From positions 34,732 to 98,731 of IMG/VR virus record IMGVR_UViG_3300025732_000023: 64,000 nt of DNA. One strand, given 5' to 3'. This DNA comes from a virus. Both the position numbers and the translations under genes were made by a program. Positions 36,888-49,000 of the stretch are shown in pieces; within the stretch, counting starts at the first letter, position 1; the number at the start of each line of letters is the position of its first letter. Below the pieces are notes generated by a model. That model did no database searches and was not told the DNA's origin. It saw only the letters and a program-made list of their open reading frames with translations.

Positions 36888-39800
36888 TTACGCCAATGCT
36901 ATACATCTGAAATCTTTAAGTTTTACCGGTGTTGATTCATTAGTTGAAGACATTACAATTTTAATTGAGAATCCATTAAATTGTTCAAGATTATTTGCAC
37001 TGAATTGATATTCAGAGAAAGATTCTGGACCGTCTGGATTTACAAATGCATCAGGTCTTCCACTATTTGCAGACAAATCAATCACTAAATCACCAAAACC
37101 ATCACCATCAGTATCAATTAAGTTATCATATCCTGGGAAAGGTGTATAAGTTTGAGGGACATCACTAGAATCAGCTTTAAATAGTCTGTAAAACGCTCTT
37201 ATATCAGATTCTGGTTGTCTATTTGCTGCAACCAACAGTCGTAAACTGGTAGCTGGTTGTGCCAATGAAATAACCCTAGTCACAAATACTGCACCATGTG
37301 GATCACCAGTAAGTTCATTTGATCTAGAATCAAGGACATAATCAGTAATTGGATTATTAGACCTGTTTCTACCTAGTATAAATGTAGAATTTTGTATGTC
37401 CATAACAGGAGATAGATTTTCATCTTCTGTTCTAAATTCAACTCTCATGGTTAGAGATTTATTTGATGGTAAGGTTGTTAATCTAGTGGTTTCATTAATT
37501 CTTGATGCAACCAGTCTTGGAGACGCAAAATAATTAACAGTATTTAATTGAATTGGATCATATCCAAGATCCAAGAAAGATACTTCGGATCCGCCAGCAC
37601 TAGTTCCAGAAATAGTTCTTATTTGCGAAGAAACTGCTGTGCCTTTACCTGGAGTAATAACATTGAAAATTGGTTGCAATGAACTAAATTGATGGTTTTG
37701 GGAGACCTTCACACTATCACCACCAAATGCTTTTTGTGAATCAAAATTCAACATTGTACTTCCACTAGATCTATTAGTTGGTGTTGTTCTATCAAATTCT
37801 AAGAAGAAATTATCAAGATTTGAATTTTCAGAATTATAATAGGTAGAAGGAATATTATGTGTTTTATTAATTCTCATTAGAGAAACACCATTAACCTCAT
37901 ATGGTTGTATAAAATCAGAAGTAGAATGCGATGTCTTGATAGTACCATTTAATGCACGTGATTCAATAATAAGTGTTCCAGCGTCACCAGAAGTTTGTGT
38001 TATTCCACTATATGATATAACCTCATTTTGAATTAATGCATAACCACGACTTGTTGTTATTCCCTCAAATCTTGCAAAAACATTTGTATTTGCAACAGAA
38101 ACGACAGTATCATTTAATCCAAAGTTATCAGTTAAAGCCACTTTTTCTCTATCTGGTAAAATATCTTTCACTTCAATTACATTATTGCCACCATGGTGTG
38201 CATGATTATATTGCTTAATTCTAAAGACATTTCCAGAGAAATTATCTGAAATGAGAGATGAAGTTCCATTAACTGTTACTCCACTACTAGTTCTGGAAGA
38301 TTCTACAAGTGGATTTGTATAATAAACAACCGAAGATGTATTTGTAAAGTTTTCACCTTGAACACCTGTCAAGTAAATTGTGTTAGCAGCACCACGAGAT
38401 GAAACAGAAACTCTTGCTCCTGAACCACTACCAATACTACTTGTAGTAATTCCAAGAATTTCTCCATTTACATAACCACTTCCAGTCGTTGCAGTTGGAG
38501 TAACTGAAATTACTTTACCATTACTTACAGTAATATTTGCCGTTGCACCAGTTCCTTTTCCACTAATAGAGTACAGTGGAACATTATTTGTAGTTCCAGA
38601 TGCTGGATAACCAGATCCACCACTAATAACAGTTACAACTCCAATAGGTCCACCAAGATTTTCAACAATTCCAGTTATACTTGGGCTAGATCCCTGACCA
38701 ATTTTAGTTCCAGGAACAACATCAGCATTTAGTGTTCCTGTAATAGGAACCATTAGTTTTCTTGGCAAACCTTCAATTGGATTATTTTGTAATTTGGAAA
38801 CATTTGTACCTCCAGGATTAATATCAGTATTATAGAATGTTAAAGTACCTGATGGGACAAACTTTGCTTTATAAAGTTTAAATGTCAAATCTTGATATTG
38901 ACTTGCTGTCCAAATAGTTCCATTTTGAGACTTGAATAGTGATCCTCCAATATATTGTTTGGTGACAACTACATTCTGAACATCGGGAAGATTTTTTGTT
39001 TTAACTGTTTTCTGTCCCATTGTTGCAGTCCACATTTCATAAGCATCTGATGCAGGAGAAAGAATAACTATCGCATACTCTTTTCCAGCTTCCAAATATA
39101 CGGGAGATGGGAAACGAATCCTTGTAGGTATTGGTTCAGGTATGCGTGATCCTACATATCTACCCCAATCAGGATCTTTCAGAATCTCTTGCATTTTTAC
39201 ACCAATTTTTCCAGTATAGACATTCTCTAAGAAATATCTAATGTCAGAATCGGTGAATCCTAATGATTTTGCATATGGATAGTCATTATCATATCCAAAT
39301 TGACCAGGTGTGAATCCACTGGCAGCATCATCAAATCCTGCCATGCTTCTAACATCAAATTCTTCTTCAGGAATGTTTATTTGATCTGGACTTAAAGCAA
39401 CTTGCGTATAATCTTGGACTAAAAGTTGAGTCGGTGTACCCAATTCAACAGTTCTAAGTTCAACAAAGATTTTTGCTGATGGATCTTTTGATGCAAAATA
39501 GAGGTCAAATGATGTTAGGAATGCACCTTTACCATCAACAGTAAATGACTGTGCAAGTGGATCTCTGTGTGGTGCTTTTACCTCAACCTTAACTTCAGTT
39601 GGTTGAGCTGCTGGTTTAGGTGGATTTCTTACAGAAACTCTACTAGTTTCTTGTGTTAAAATTGTTCCAGATCCACTGTAACTTCCGATCGCTTCACTAG
39701 CAAATACTGTAGATCCTGGAAGAGGAACAACACCAGGAGGAACTGCTGTAATTTTTACTGTTTTTGTTCCACTAGTAACTTTTACTGGTGGTGGTGGAGT

Positions 39801-42800
39801 TGTATTTGGGTCTCTGAAGAAGAAGTTTGCAATAATATCACCCCAGTTGTCGGAAACTAATTCCGCTCTTGTAATTGTTGCAACTGCGCCTGTTGTTTGC
39901 CCAACAACTGTTGCACCACGAGTTACATATCCATAATATTTTTCAGATTCATTAGCTAGTGCTCTAACACCAAAATTAATCAGTTTGGATGTTGGTGAGT
40001 ATGTAGTGCCAGGAGCAGGTCTAGTTCTATCATATGGGTCTACTGTATATTCTTCCACATAAACTGATGGTGATCCTAATCCAGATCCAATATCTGGTCT
40101 GGTTCTATCACCAAATTTATGATTTGGAGTTCTTATTCTAATAACTCCAATTTCTTTTCCACCATAATAAATTGTAGCATCCTCATAATCTATGAAGGTT
40201 CCAGATTGCATTTCAATTTCACAAAGTTTTGGAATAATATCAACTTGCTGACTATCTAAGTAAAGAAAATGCTTTGTGAAAGGTCTTAGTCCATTTGCTG
40301 CAAAAAATACGTTTCTAGAACGCATAAATGGATCAACATCACCACTAATTTTTACATCCTCAACATAGTTAAACTCTCTGTCTGGTCCAGTTAATTTTGG
40401 TTTATATTTTGTAGTTGTTGTAGTAGTGGTAGTTGTTAAAGTTCTTGTTCCCTTTTCATTTCTACCTCCACCCTTCTTATATGTTTCTTTTTCAGTTTTT
40501 TTGTCTACATCTACTTTTGTTCTTGCTTCCTGTACCCATTCAGCACCGGTAGATTCTGTTCTTTGATTATCAATATATATTGTTCTAACCCAATTATCTG
40601 ATGCTGGGTCAAGAGCAACACCACCAACAAAAACAATAACATTGAATGGATTAATATTTTCTACATTTGTAGCATGTGGTTGTTCAATCCAATCAACTTC
40701 CTCATATTTTAATGTCAGTAAATCACCAGTTTTTTGAATATTTGGATCTAGTAGTTTAAGATTTTGAGTAATATCAGTTTTTGTTCTATCAATAGCAGGA
40801 TCTAATGCTAGTTCTGCTTGAAGAGACCAAAAATCTACGGGCGCAATTGCAGTTGCAGTAGAAGCACTTATATCAACAGTGCTATACCTTGGATCTGCTA
40901 AAGAATTTTCTCTGAAACTACTGACAATAAATCCAGATTTAAATCTATTGAGTCCATTAGCATCAGTTACTTCCAGTGTCTGTGCTTTCAGTTCAAGCAT
41001 ACTTAAACTAGTAACTTCTTCTAGATTTTCAATTCTTTGCTCTAGTTTTGCAATATCCCTCATTGTAAATCTTCTATTATCTCTTAATAGAATTTGGGGA
41101 TCTTTCTGTGGATTATAAAGATACGCTGGATAACTAATTTGTGCCAATTCCATTGCATCATCTGAAAGAATTGGCGCACGTGGAGCATCACTAGATTCTC
41201 CTTTAACAATTTCAACTTCACCAAATCGATTGACAGTTACTAAATCTACTCTTGGTAAGTAATAAGTATATCCCAAGAATGAGGTTTCATCAGGAGATAT
41301 TACATATCTATATGTACTTTCGTATGATCTAGAACTAAATGCAAATGGTGATGCCGTTGCAGTCGATGGATCAAACTCAACTACTCTTGGTCTAAAGTCT
41401 ATAATGTCGGAAACCCTTGAACCATCAGGAACTGATGGAATATCTGTGGCATATCTATCTTCGGTGTACGAATTTACAGTAAATATGTCACCACTGTTTC
41501 CAGCAGAAATTTTGTAGTAATCATAAATTACTAGTAACTGACGTGCTGGTACTGCACTCCCTGCCCTTCTTCTTATTTTCGAATAGTCGCAGTATTGATC
41601 TTTATGTCCTTTATCTAAAATATAGTTGGAAGTTCTATCAATATAACTACCTTCGGTTATTGATTGGATTGTTAGTGTTAATGAAGATTCTTTGAACTTA
41701 ACAACTTCACCTACTTGGAAATTATTTTGATTTAGGTAAACAAATTCAACATTTGTTGATGATCTGTTTACAATTTGTCCAACAGCTCTGCTAGTTTGTC
41801 CTACGATTTGTTCACCTGTAATTGCAACATTTTCAAGTGCTAATCCAGTTGAAAATGTAATTTTATCTAAGACAGGTGCGGAAGTATTTGTGGACTCATA
41901 TACAGCTCTGACATTCACAACATCAGGAACATTTAAGCATATTTCTGCATCTTCAACTCTTAAACCATGATACTTGCTAGTAGATAATCCACTTGCTGTT
42001 GGTCCAGATTGTGTAGAAATACCACTTGTTCTTGTGATAGATACTTGTCTACTTCTTATGAAATCCTTTGTTTTATTGGAAACTTGTCTCTTTTTCAGAG
42101 TAACAATAACAGTTACATTTGATTGTAATGCCGTTAACTTGGTAAATGTGACGGTGGAACCATTAGCACCAAGTTGGAATTTTCCTGAGGTTAATTTATC
42201 AGTAGTTCCATTTTCATAGTGAACAGAATATCTTTCAGCATCAAAAGATTCAAAAAATACGCTTGTAATTCCAGCACTAACATCTATAGCATCTGATATT
42301 GATAAAGTTAATTGTCCGTTAGAATCAGTTGATTTTCCTGTAATTTGTTTAGTAATTGTCAGTTCAGATTCTGATAGATCAACAGATGCTATATTAGTTT
42401 TTGGAAGATTAGTATATAATCCAGAAGATACCAAATTAATGATCTTCGGCTCCATCAAGGAAAATACTGAATCTACATTATTTACGGTTGAAGTGCATAC
42501 TCCGGTAACTGCCGCACCAACCGCAGCAAGATTAATAGAAGTTCCGTTAGATGCTATTGAAGTTATTCTATTAAAGTTTGGATCTGCTTGCCCGCCAGTT
42601 TGATATTTAACTATTGCTTCTGTTTTAATTCCAGTTGTTCCTGAAAAGAATCTTCCTGGAACTGATCCTATACCACTACTTACTGTTAATTTGTCAGTAA
42701 TTGAAAAATTTGGAGGAGTTCTTTCATAAAGAACTGTATCTGCAAAAAAGTCAGTTCTTAATGAAGAATTTAGAGCAGTTGAATCCTGATATACGGATTT

Positions 42801-44495
42801 AATATCTTCAGTTGTATAAACATTTATTGCACTAATACCAACTTTTAATTCTGGATTTTCATTAATGATAACTTGCTCACCAACTAAAAATGTTCCAGAA
42901 GTTTGTGATAAACTAAAAGCCGATCCGTTTGGTTTTGCTGCAAGATAACCAGTAGCACCACTAGAAAGACCTCTAACGAAAGATGTTAAAGGAACTTCAG
43001 TTGTTGTATATTCTTTTCCAAGGTAAAGTGTTGTATAAGTTTGAACATCAAAAAGATACAGATCCCATTCTGTACTATCAGCACTGTAAGGAGCATCTGC
43101 AACACCATACCAATATACTCTTGCTTCACCAATTTTTAATCCACCACCACCTGCGGTTCCTGCTGCACCACCAGTGCTATCCCTCCTTCTATTATAAAGT
43201 TCAATGATATTGGACTGGGTTGTTTGTGCTCCACTAATTGATGCACCAATATTAATGTAAGGAACACCGTGTACGTTGTTTACTTTTAGTAAACTACCCA
43301 TTGCAAAAGGAACGAGAGCACCATCAACTCTTTTAATTGTTCTTGGTTTTTCTACATCAACTACTGTTGTTCCTACTAGATCAATATCAAATCCTTTAAC
43401 GTATGCAGTTCCTGCTGAAACCTTAACACACATTAAATTGTCATTTGGAATATTTCCCTGTTCCGTTCTTTGTCCTTCTGGGAAAAGACCACCATTTCCA
43501 GTTTCATTATTTAAAGAATTTGCAACAGATATTGTAAATGGTTTTATGGCATAATTACCTGACTCTTCAAATGTTCTTTTTGCAAAATAATCTTTAATTA
43601 TGCTATATTCTGATTTATTCTGTAATTTCTTAATCTTACCATTATCAACCTTAACAAGTTCGATAAAATTAACATCATCATAATCCAATAGTTGCTTTTT
43701 AGCAAGTTTAACACTAATTTTTAATCTATCTGCACCTGGTGCAGCATAGTTTGTAAATCCCCTAGCATTATCGTTTAGTTCAGGATCATCATTAGCGGTA
43801 ACAATTTCTTCTAGAACATCAAAACCAACTCTATATGATGGATTATTGTCGTAAGGATCTAATACAATTTGTGTATTAGGTACATCAACAAAAACTCCTC
43901 TAATAAAATATACACCCTTAGAAACTCCAACTGCATAACCAGTATAAGTAGCATCTGTTGATACTAATGTAATTACACTGTCACCGATGTTTAAAGTTGT
44001 ATTTCCGTATGTAATATTTTCTTCTAATATTAAAACTTCACCATTGGTAAACTGCACCGATTCACCATCAGTTCCACCGTCAATATATTTCACAAAAAGT
44101 GTTATTTCCTCTACACCTTCTTCTGGTGGTAATAAGTATCCTTTTAAAGTTCCAACAACACCTGATATTGAACCCTTTACTTTTGTACCTCTTCCATTAT
44201 TATAACTTGTTAATGCATCCAAATATACAGTAATATCAATCCCCAGATGATCTGGGTTTACTTTAATTGTAGTAAATGCATTATCACAGGTAACTCCTCC
44301 AGGAATTACCATAGAACCTTCTTTAAATATATGACTTCCAAAGGATTCTATTTGATTTTGTAAAATTGACTGGAGACCTGTTAATTCTCTTGCCTGAACT
44401 GGTCTGCCAGGTTTGAACAAAACTCTATAATAATTGTTGTCCTTATTAAAGTCATCATAATAAGGATTTACGTTTAGGCTAGTCTTTTGTGGCAT
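36888..44495 (-). CDS. large virion structural protein (DUF4815 / VrlC-like)
   Basis: PYYDDF...YRVLFKPG.PVQARELT..Q; APGADRLKI; DPLAQSF; SLFKSQNG..W. Confidence 0.85.
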   Translation of the reverse strand: MPQKTSLNVNPYYDDFNKDNNYYRVLFKPGRPVQARELTGLQSILQNQIESFGSHIFKEGSMVIPGGVTCDNAFTTIKVNPDHLGIDITVYLDALTSYNNGRGTKVKGSISGVVGTLKGYLLPPEEGVEEITLFVKYIDGGTDGESVQFTNGEVLILEENITYGNTTLNIGDSVITLVSTDATYTGYAVGVSKGVYFIRGVFVDVPNTQIVLDPYDNNPSYRVGFDVLEEIVTANDDPELNDNARGFTNYAAPGADRLKISVKLAKKQLLDYDDVNFIELVKVDNGKIKKLQNKSEYSIIKDYFAKRTFEESGNYAIKPFTISVANSLNNETGNGGLFPEGQRTEQGNIPNDNLMCVKVSAGTAYVKGFDIDLVGTTVVDVEKPRTIKRVDGALVPFAMGSLLKVNNVHGVPYINIGASISGAQTTQSNIIELYNRRRDSTGGAAGTAGGGGLKIGEARVYWYGVADAPYSADSTEWDLYLFDVQTYTTLYLGKEYTTTEVPLTSFVRGLSSGATGYLAAKPNGSAFSLSQTSGTFLVGEQVIINENPELKVGISAINVYTTEDIKSVYQDSTALNSSLRTDFFADTVLYERTPPNFSITDKLTVSSGIGSVPGRFFSGTTGIKTEAIVKYQTGGQADPNFNRITSIASNGTSINLAAVGAAVTGVCTSTVNNVDSVFSLMEPKIINLVSSGLYTNLPKTNIASVDLSESELTITKQITGKSTDSNGQLTLSISDAIDVSAGITSVFFESFDAERYSVHYENGTTDKLTSGKFQLGANGSTVTFTKLTALQSNVTVIVTLKKRQVSNKTKDFIRSRQVSITRTSGISTQSGPTASGLSTSKYHGLRVEDAEICLNVPDVVNVRAVYESTNTSAPVLDKITFSTGLALENVAITGEQIVGQTSRAVGQIVNRSSTNVEFVYLNQNNFQVGEVVKFKESSLTLTIQSITEGSYIDRTSNYILDKGHKDQYCDYSKIRRRAGSAVPARQLLVIYDYYKISAGNSGDIFTVNSYTEDRYATDIPSVPDGSRVSDIIDFRPRVVEFDPSTATASPFAFSSRSYESTYRYVISPDETSFLGYTYYLPRVDLVTVNRFGEVEIVKGESSDAPRAPILSDDAMELAQISYPAYLYNPQKDPQILLRDNRRFTMRDIAKLEQRIENLEEVTSLSMLELKAQTLEVTDANGLNRFKSGFIVSSFRENSLADPRYSTVDISASTATAIAPVDFWSLQAELALDPAIDRTKTDITQNLKLLDPNIQKTGDLLTLKYEEVDWIEQPHATNVENINPFNVIVFVGGVALDPASDNWVRTIYIDNQRTESTGAEWVQEARTKVDVDKKTEKETYKKGGGRNEKGTRTLTTTTTTTTTKYKPKLTGPDREFNYVEDVKISGDVDPFMRSRNVFFAANGLRPFTKHFLYLDSQQVDIIPKLCEIEMQSGTFIDYEDATIYYGGKEIGVIRIRTPNHKFGDRTRPDIGSGLGSPSVYVEEYTVDPYDRTRPAPGTTYSPTSKLINFGVRALANESEKYYGYVTRGATVVGQTTGAVATITRAELVSDNWGDIIANFFFRDPNTTPPPPVKVTSGTKTVKITAVPPGVVPLPGSTVFASEAIGSYSGSGTILTQETSRVSVRNPPKPAAQPTEVKVEVKAPHRDPLAQSFTVDGKGAFLTSFDLYFASKDPSAKIFVELRTVELGTPTQLLVQDYTQVALSPDQINIPEEEFDVRSMAGFDDAASGFTPGQFGYDNDYPYAKSLGFTDSDIRYFLENVYTGKIGVKMQEILKDPDWGRYVGSRIPEPIPTRIRFPSPVYLEAGKEYAIVILSPASDAYEMWTATMGQKTVKTKNLPDVQNVVVTKQYIGGSLFKSQNGTIWTASQYQDLTFKLYKAKFVPSGTLTFYNTDINPGGTNVSKLQNNPIEGLPRKLMVPITGTLNADVVPGTKIGQGSSPSITGIVENLGGPIGVVTVISGGSGYPASGTTNNVPLYSISGKGTGATANITVSNGKVISVTPTATTGSGYVNGEILGITTSSIGSGSGARVSVSSRGAANTIYLTGVQGENFTNTSSVVYYTNPLVESSRTSSGVTVNGTSSLISDNFSGNVFRIKQYNHAHHGGNNVIEVKDILPDREKVALTDNFGLNDTVVSVANTNVFARFEGITTSRGYALIQNEVISYSGITQTSGDAGTLIIESRALNGTIKTSHSTSDFIQPYEVNGVSLMRINKTHNIPSTYYNSENSNLDNFFLEFDRTTPTNRSSGSTMLNFDSQKAFGGDSVKVSQNHQFSSLQPIFNVITPGKGTAVSSQIRTISGTSAGGSEVSFLDLGYDPIQLNTVNYFASPRLVASRINETTRLTTLPSNKSLTMRVEFRTEDENLSPVMDIQNSTFILGRNRSNNPITDYVLDSRSNELTGDPHGAVFVTRVISLAQPATSLRLLVAANRQPESDIRAFYRLFKADSSDVPQTYTPFPGYDNLIDTDGDGFGDLVIDLSANSGRPDAFVNPDGPESFSEYQFSANNLEQFNGFSIKIVMSSTNESTPVKLKDFRCIALA

Positions 44496-44498
44496 TGT

Positions 44499-46052
44499 TT
44501 AAAATTCCAGTACAATTTTAATGTCTTCTTTTTGACGCGAATTTCTGCTGATTATTGGGCGATTGTCAATATAAAGTACATCGCCTGATCCTTTATTTAT
44601 TTCAGGACTTGCTAAACCTTGTTGGAAGTAAACACCTAAATTAATTAATTTTGATCCACTTACGTTGGTTACTATTCCAACAAATCCAGTGTCAATAGAT
44701 GCTGTAAATCCGGAAGATTTCCCAACAACTTGATTCGCTGATGCTGTAAATGCAAAAGGTCTTCCGTTTGTAGAAATACCAACATAATCTTGTTGATCTA
44801 ATGTTGTTTGATTAAAGTAAAGTGATCTATCTTGGAAATATTTTAAAACCTTTGTTTCACTATCCCAAGAAGCAACATATCCATATGCTCTCCCACCAGT
44901 AACTACTTGCTCTATTTTTTCTCCAATTGTTGGAGTTCCGGATATCAATGAAAATTTTAAAGAGTGTAGTCCACTAAAAGTATTTTCAGTATATACTTGG
45001 GTAGATCCAATTGAAGTTGGATTTTTTACAATTGCAACTTGGGCAAAACTGGTATCAATTGGAAAATCTTTTGTTGAATCATCAAATCTGGCATAAACTA
45101 AAACGCGATCTGTTCCTAATTCATTGTAAATATCATACCCATGACCCCTTGAAGGTGGAATAATAGGAACTAACTTGGCACTATTTCCTATCGAATTTAT
45201 ATTAATAGATCCCAAATCAACCAAAGCATAACTATAATCTTTACCGCCTGATGTCACTACGGTATCTGTTATTTTACCATTTTCAACGTCAACTCTTACT
45301 CTACCACCTGTACCATCACCGATAAGTGTCAATTCTTGTCCTAGACCATTAGAATAATTTGATCCAGATTTATCGATATATACGGTCTTAATTTGATTAT
45401 TATTTAAATATGAATCTCCCGACTCCCTTACTGCTTGTATTTGAGAATTGGTAGAAGTCATCCAATTATTTGGGACTGTTATGTATTCGGTAGAATCAAA
45501 CTTTACAATATCACTTGGTGATATTGTGAATAAGTACTTCCAAAGATATCCGTCACCACTAGTTCCTGCCCTGGATGGTTCTAAATCTGTGAAAGTTGGT
45601 TCATCCTGAGAAACGTTTCCTTTTGGATTTGTTCCACTAGAACCATTTTCTATACATATGTAAACTCTATACTCAGAATTCATCACATAGTAGTTTGCAT
45701 CATATAATCTAGATGAATTTGTCAGGGGACTTGGATTGAGTATACTATAATCATCTCGATACATTTCATATCTACTTCCAGCAGTCCACTCAATTTTTCT
45801 GATTATTCTTCTAATATTTGCAGATGTTATTTTTTTACCGTACAAAATTGTATCCTTATAATGACTGGAATATGCCAAATTATCAATTGGTGCCATTGTA
45901 TTCGTATTCCAAGCAGTTGATCTACCAAAACCAACAATAGAGGGATTTGGTAAACCAACTGTAATGTAATAAGAGTTATCTGAAGACTCAACAGAATCTA
46001 CAAAATTACTAGCATTCAAAATTCTGAATTGATCAGTAACAATTGCTGACAT
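44499..46052 (-). CDS. g8: baseplate wedge subunit gp8
   Basis: YRVYICI.N, DGYLWKYLFTI, YIDNR...R...QKEDIK. Confidence 0.9.
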   Translation of the reverse strand: MSAIVTDQFRILNASNFVDSVESSDNSYYITVGLPNPSIVGFGRSTAWNTNTMAPIDNLAYSSHYKDTILYGKKITSANIRRIIRKIEWTAGSRYEMYRDDYSILNPSPLTNSSRLYDANYYVMNSEYRVYICIENGSSGTNPKGNVSQDEPTFTDLEPSRAGTSGDGYLWKYLFTISPSDIVKFDSTEYITVPNNWMTSTNSQIQAVRESGDSYLNNNQIKTVYIDKSGSNYSNGLGQELTLIGDGTGGRVRVDVENGKITDTVVTSGGKDYSYALVDLGSININSIGNSAKLVPIIPPSRGHGYDIYNELGTDRVLVYARFDDSTKDFPIDTSFAQVAIVKNPTSIGSTQVYTENTFSGLHSLKFSLISGTPTIGEKIEQVVTGGRAYGYVASWDSETKVLKYFQDRSLYFNQTTLDQQDYVGISTNGRPFAFTASANQVVGKSSGFTASIDTGFVGIVTNVSGSKLINLGVYFQQGLASPEINKGSGDVLYIDNRPIISRNSRQKEDIKIVLEF

Positions 46053-46069
46053 CTTTAAACTTTTTTATG

Positions 46070-46077
46070 TATTTATA
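46070..46077 (-). promoter_or_regulatory. late promoter TATAAATA
   Basis: exact consensus upstream of g8. Confidence 0.8.
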
Positions 46078-46082
46078 TCCCA

Positions 46083-49000
46083 TTAAGGAAGATTAGAAAG
46101 TTTCCTAATCGCTCCACTATTTCGCAATCCAAATGTTCTTCTTTGAATTGTTGGGAAAGTAGAAAGGCCCGAATCGACAACTAGACCAGTAACTCCAATA
46201 GAAATTGGGTTTGTTCTTGTGGTAAAGTTATATAATCTACCCCAAGAGATGTTTCCACCCATTGTTGTTGCTATTCCAACAGTGTTGCTATTTGTATGGA
46301 TGTTACATATTATCTCAGCGTTTGGTCCAAAATTAATTTTGGAGTTAACGATATAAACATTATCTAAGAAACTTGTACCTATTCCTACAATAGAAGCATC
46401 ACCGCTGTTTACTGAAGTGACCCCAGTACCGATAGTTGTATTATAAACAAGTATTGGATAACCAACTTGGAGATCATTAGCATCGGATGCATTAGCACGG
46501 AAATTAATTTTTAATGCAAGTGGGTGTCCACCAGTTCCGGTAGTGGTACTGATACCAGTAATAATTCCAGAAAATCCCTGAACATTTGCAATACCTTTAA
46601 TGGTTTCTTTTCTTGCTTTTGGAATTTCTGCTATTACCTGTGGGGCAATTGTATATCCAAGTCCAGGATTGGTAATTGTAACCGAAACAATGCTTCCATT
46701 GGAAATAGAGGCTTCCGCTGTTGCAGTTGTTCCTACACCAACACCAATCAATGGTGGTGCAGAAAGTTTGACTGGAATTGAAGATGTAGAATATCCTAAA
46801 CCTGGATTAGTAATTGTAATATTAGAAATAGTTCCTGCTGCAGAAACAGTCGCAGTAAATGCTACAGAAACTGGATCATTTACGTCAACTACTAATCCAT
46901 CAAATGAACTTATAGTTATACCGTAATTATTTTCTTCAAAATTAAAGAATTGTGCATTATCAACAAAAATTTCAGTATTACCGTCATTAACATCTCCAAT
47001 AATCCTTGCAGTTGGGTAAATGAAAGGTTCAATAGAATCTCTTGACTTATAAACAACATCACCTTTAATGTACCTATCTACTTTTTGTTTTATCCACTCT
47101 ATTGGTCTATAATTGGATTCATTAATGCCAAATCCAACATAGTTATCAGTTTCGACAGTATCCGATCCAACTACATCTAAAATAATTCTGTCTCTATCCT
47201 GAGAAGGAATTGATGGATAATATGGATTTTTCAGTACAAAAACATCATCTCCAATCTTAATAGTCTCGTTAATATCAATAATTGTAATATCTACACCATT
47301 TTGTCCAAGGTAGAAGAAAATATCTACTTTATCTGAAGATTTTGGTGGCTCTGTAAATTCAAAAGAAGTTCCTCCTAAGAATCTATATGCATATCCTGGT
47401 TCTTGAATAACACCATTAACGAAGATTAAAAGAACTGCATCAAGATTAATCGCACTAGAAAGTGGATTATTTGGATCTACTTCAAAACTTAACAATTGAC
47501 CATTGTAAATTAGTGGGAATCTAGTTCTAGATCCGTTTTGCAGTGTTGCAGTGCTATCAATGTAGTTCATTTCACCAAATGACCAAGATGAGAAGTAATC
47601 TTGGAATGTCTCAACAACCTCCAACTTAAATTCCGAAATTGGTTCCGAAAGACCCTTTGCAGTTACAAGACCGACAGGTTTAAAGACATCTCCAACTCTG
47701 AAAGCATATCCAGGTCTTGCTATTTGGAAAGAATTGACTAGGAATAGTGTTGATCCAATACCAACATTAGATGGCGATGGTCCAATACTTACATTTAAAA
47801 GTAGGTTAGATCCTGTTTCCGTAGTTGATCCTATACCAGCTCTTGAAACACCAATCACTTCAAGATTTTCATAAATTGGTTCTGGTATTCTGATATATGG
47901 TTCAACATACCCAGATCCCCCACTATTAATAATGAATCCCAATGTTCCACCAGCACCAACAACGGCAGTAATACTCGCCTCTACGCCGCTGTGATTTGGA
48001 TCTGTCACGGCGATAGAAACTGGACCTCTGTATCCAGAACCCTCAGTTAAATCATACCAAGGGAATACAGTTCCAAATCCAATGTATGAGTGTGGTAGAG
48101 TGCTAGTACCAACATTTGCTGAGAAAGTTCTTGCAGATATAATCCCAGTAATATCGTAAGAATAATCCAATCCTGCTGATGGGAAGTAAGAAACTATTCC
48201 TGCTCCAGATGGACAAGTAAATCCTAAACCAACTAGTTTAATTCTATCCCCACCTACATAATTATGATCAGCAGTTGTAGTAATTTCAATAATACCAGTT
48301 TGATTGTTGTAAGATGCAGTACTAATTGATTGTCCAGGACCTGTATGAGAAATTCCAGTAATACTTACAATAGAACCAGAACCATCAAGATTCGCTCTTA
48401 CTTTTGCTCCTAAAAGTGGTGCATAACCAAGACCTGGTGTTGATCCGAGAGATACAATTAGACCACCTCTTGGTAGTTGATTTTGATTTATGTCAAAGTC
48501 TGACTTGATGTAAGTTCCATCAGTTGATGTAATACCAGTAAATACAACGCTAGAAATTCCAGCAATATTATCGTTCTCAAATTCATAATTATTTCCAGAA
48601 TTATTAATAGTTGTTGGCGTTTGGAAAACTCCATTAATAAACAATATACCGTTACCAATGCTAACACCTGTTGTGTTTATACCTTCAACTGTCATTGTAT
48701 AAGTTTTACCAATACCGGTAAATTGGTCAGAAATATCATCAAATAACATATTTGTATCATAATTAGATCTTAAGAAAGTTCTACCAGCATATTGAGCTCT
48801 AACATATGGTAAGTTACTTTCATCTCTTCTTGATCTAGTATTTCCTTTTGGTGGATCAGAGAACCAAATTTCAGATCCAACAATATTAAATGATCCTCTA
48901 TAAACCTGAACATTAGCACCATCACTATGAGTTGTTGCTGTACTACCAACAGAAGCTCTTATAACAGAAACAGTTGGTATAGTTGCAGCAGTTCCAGCTT

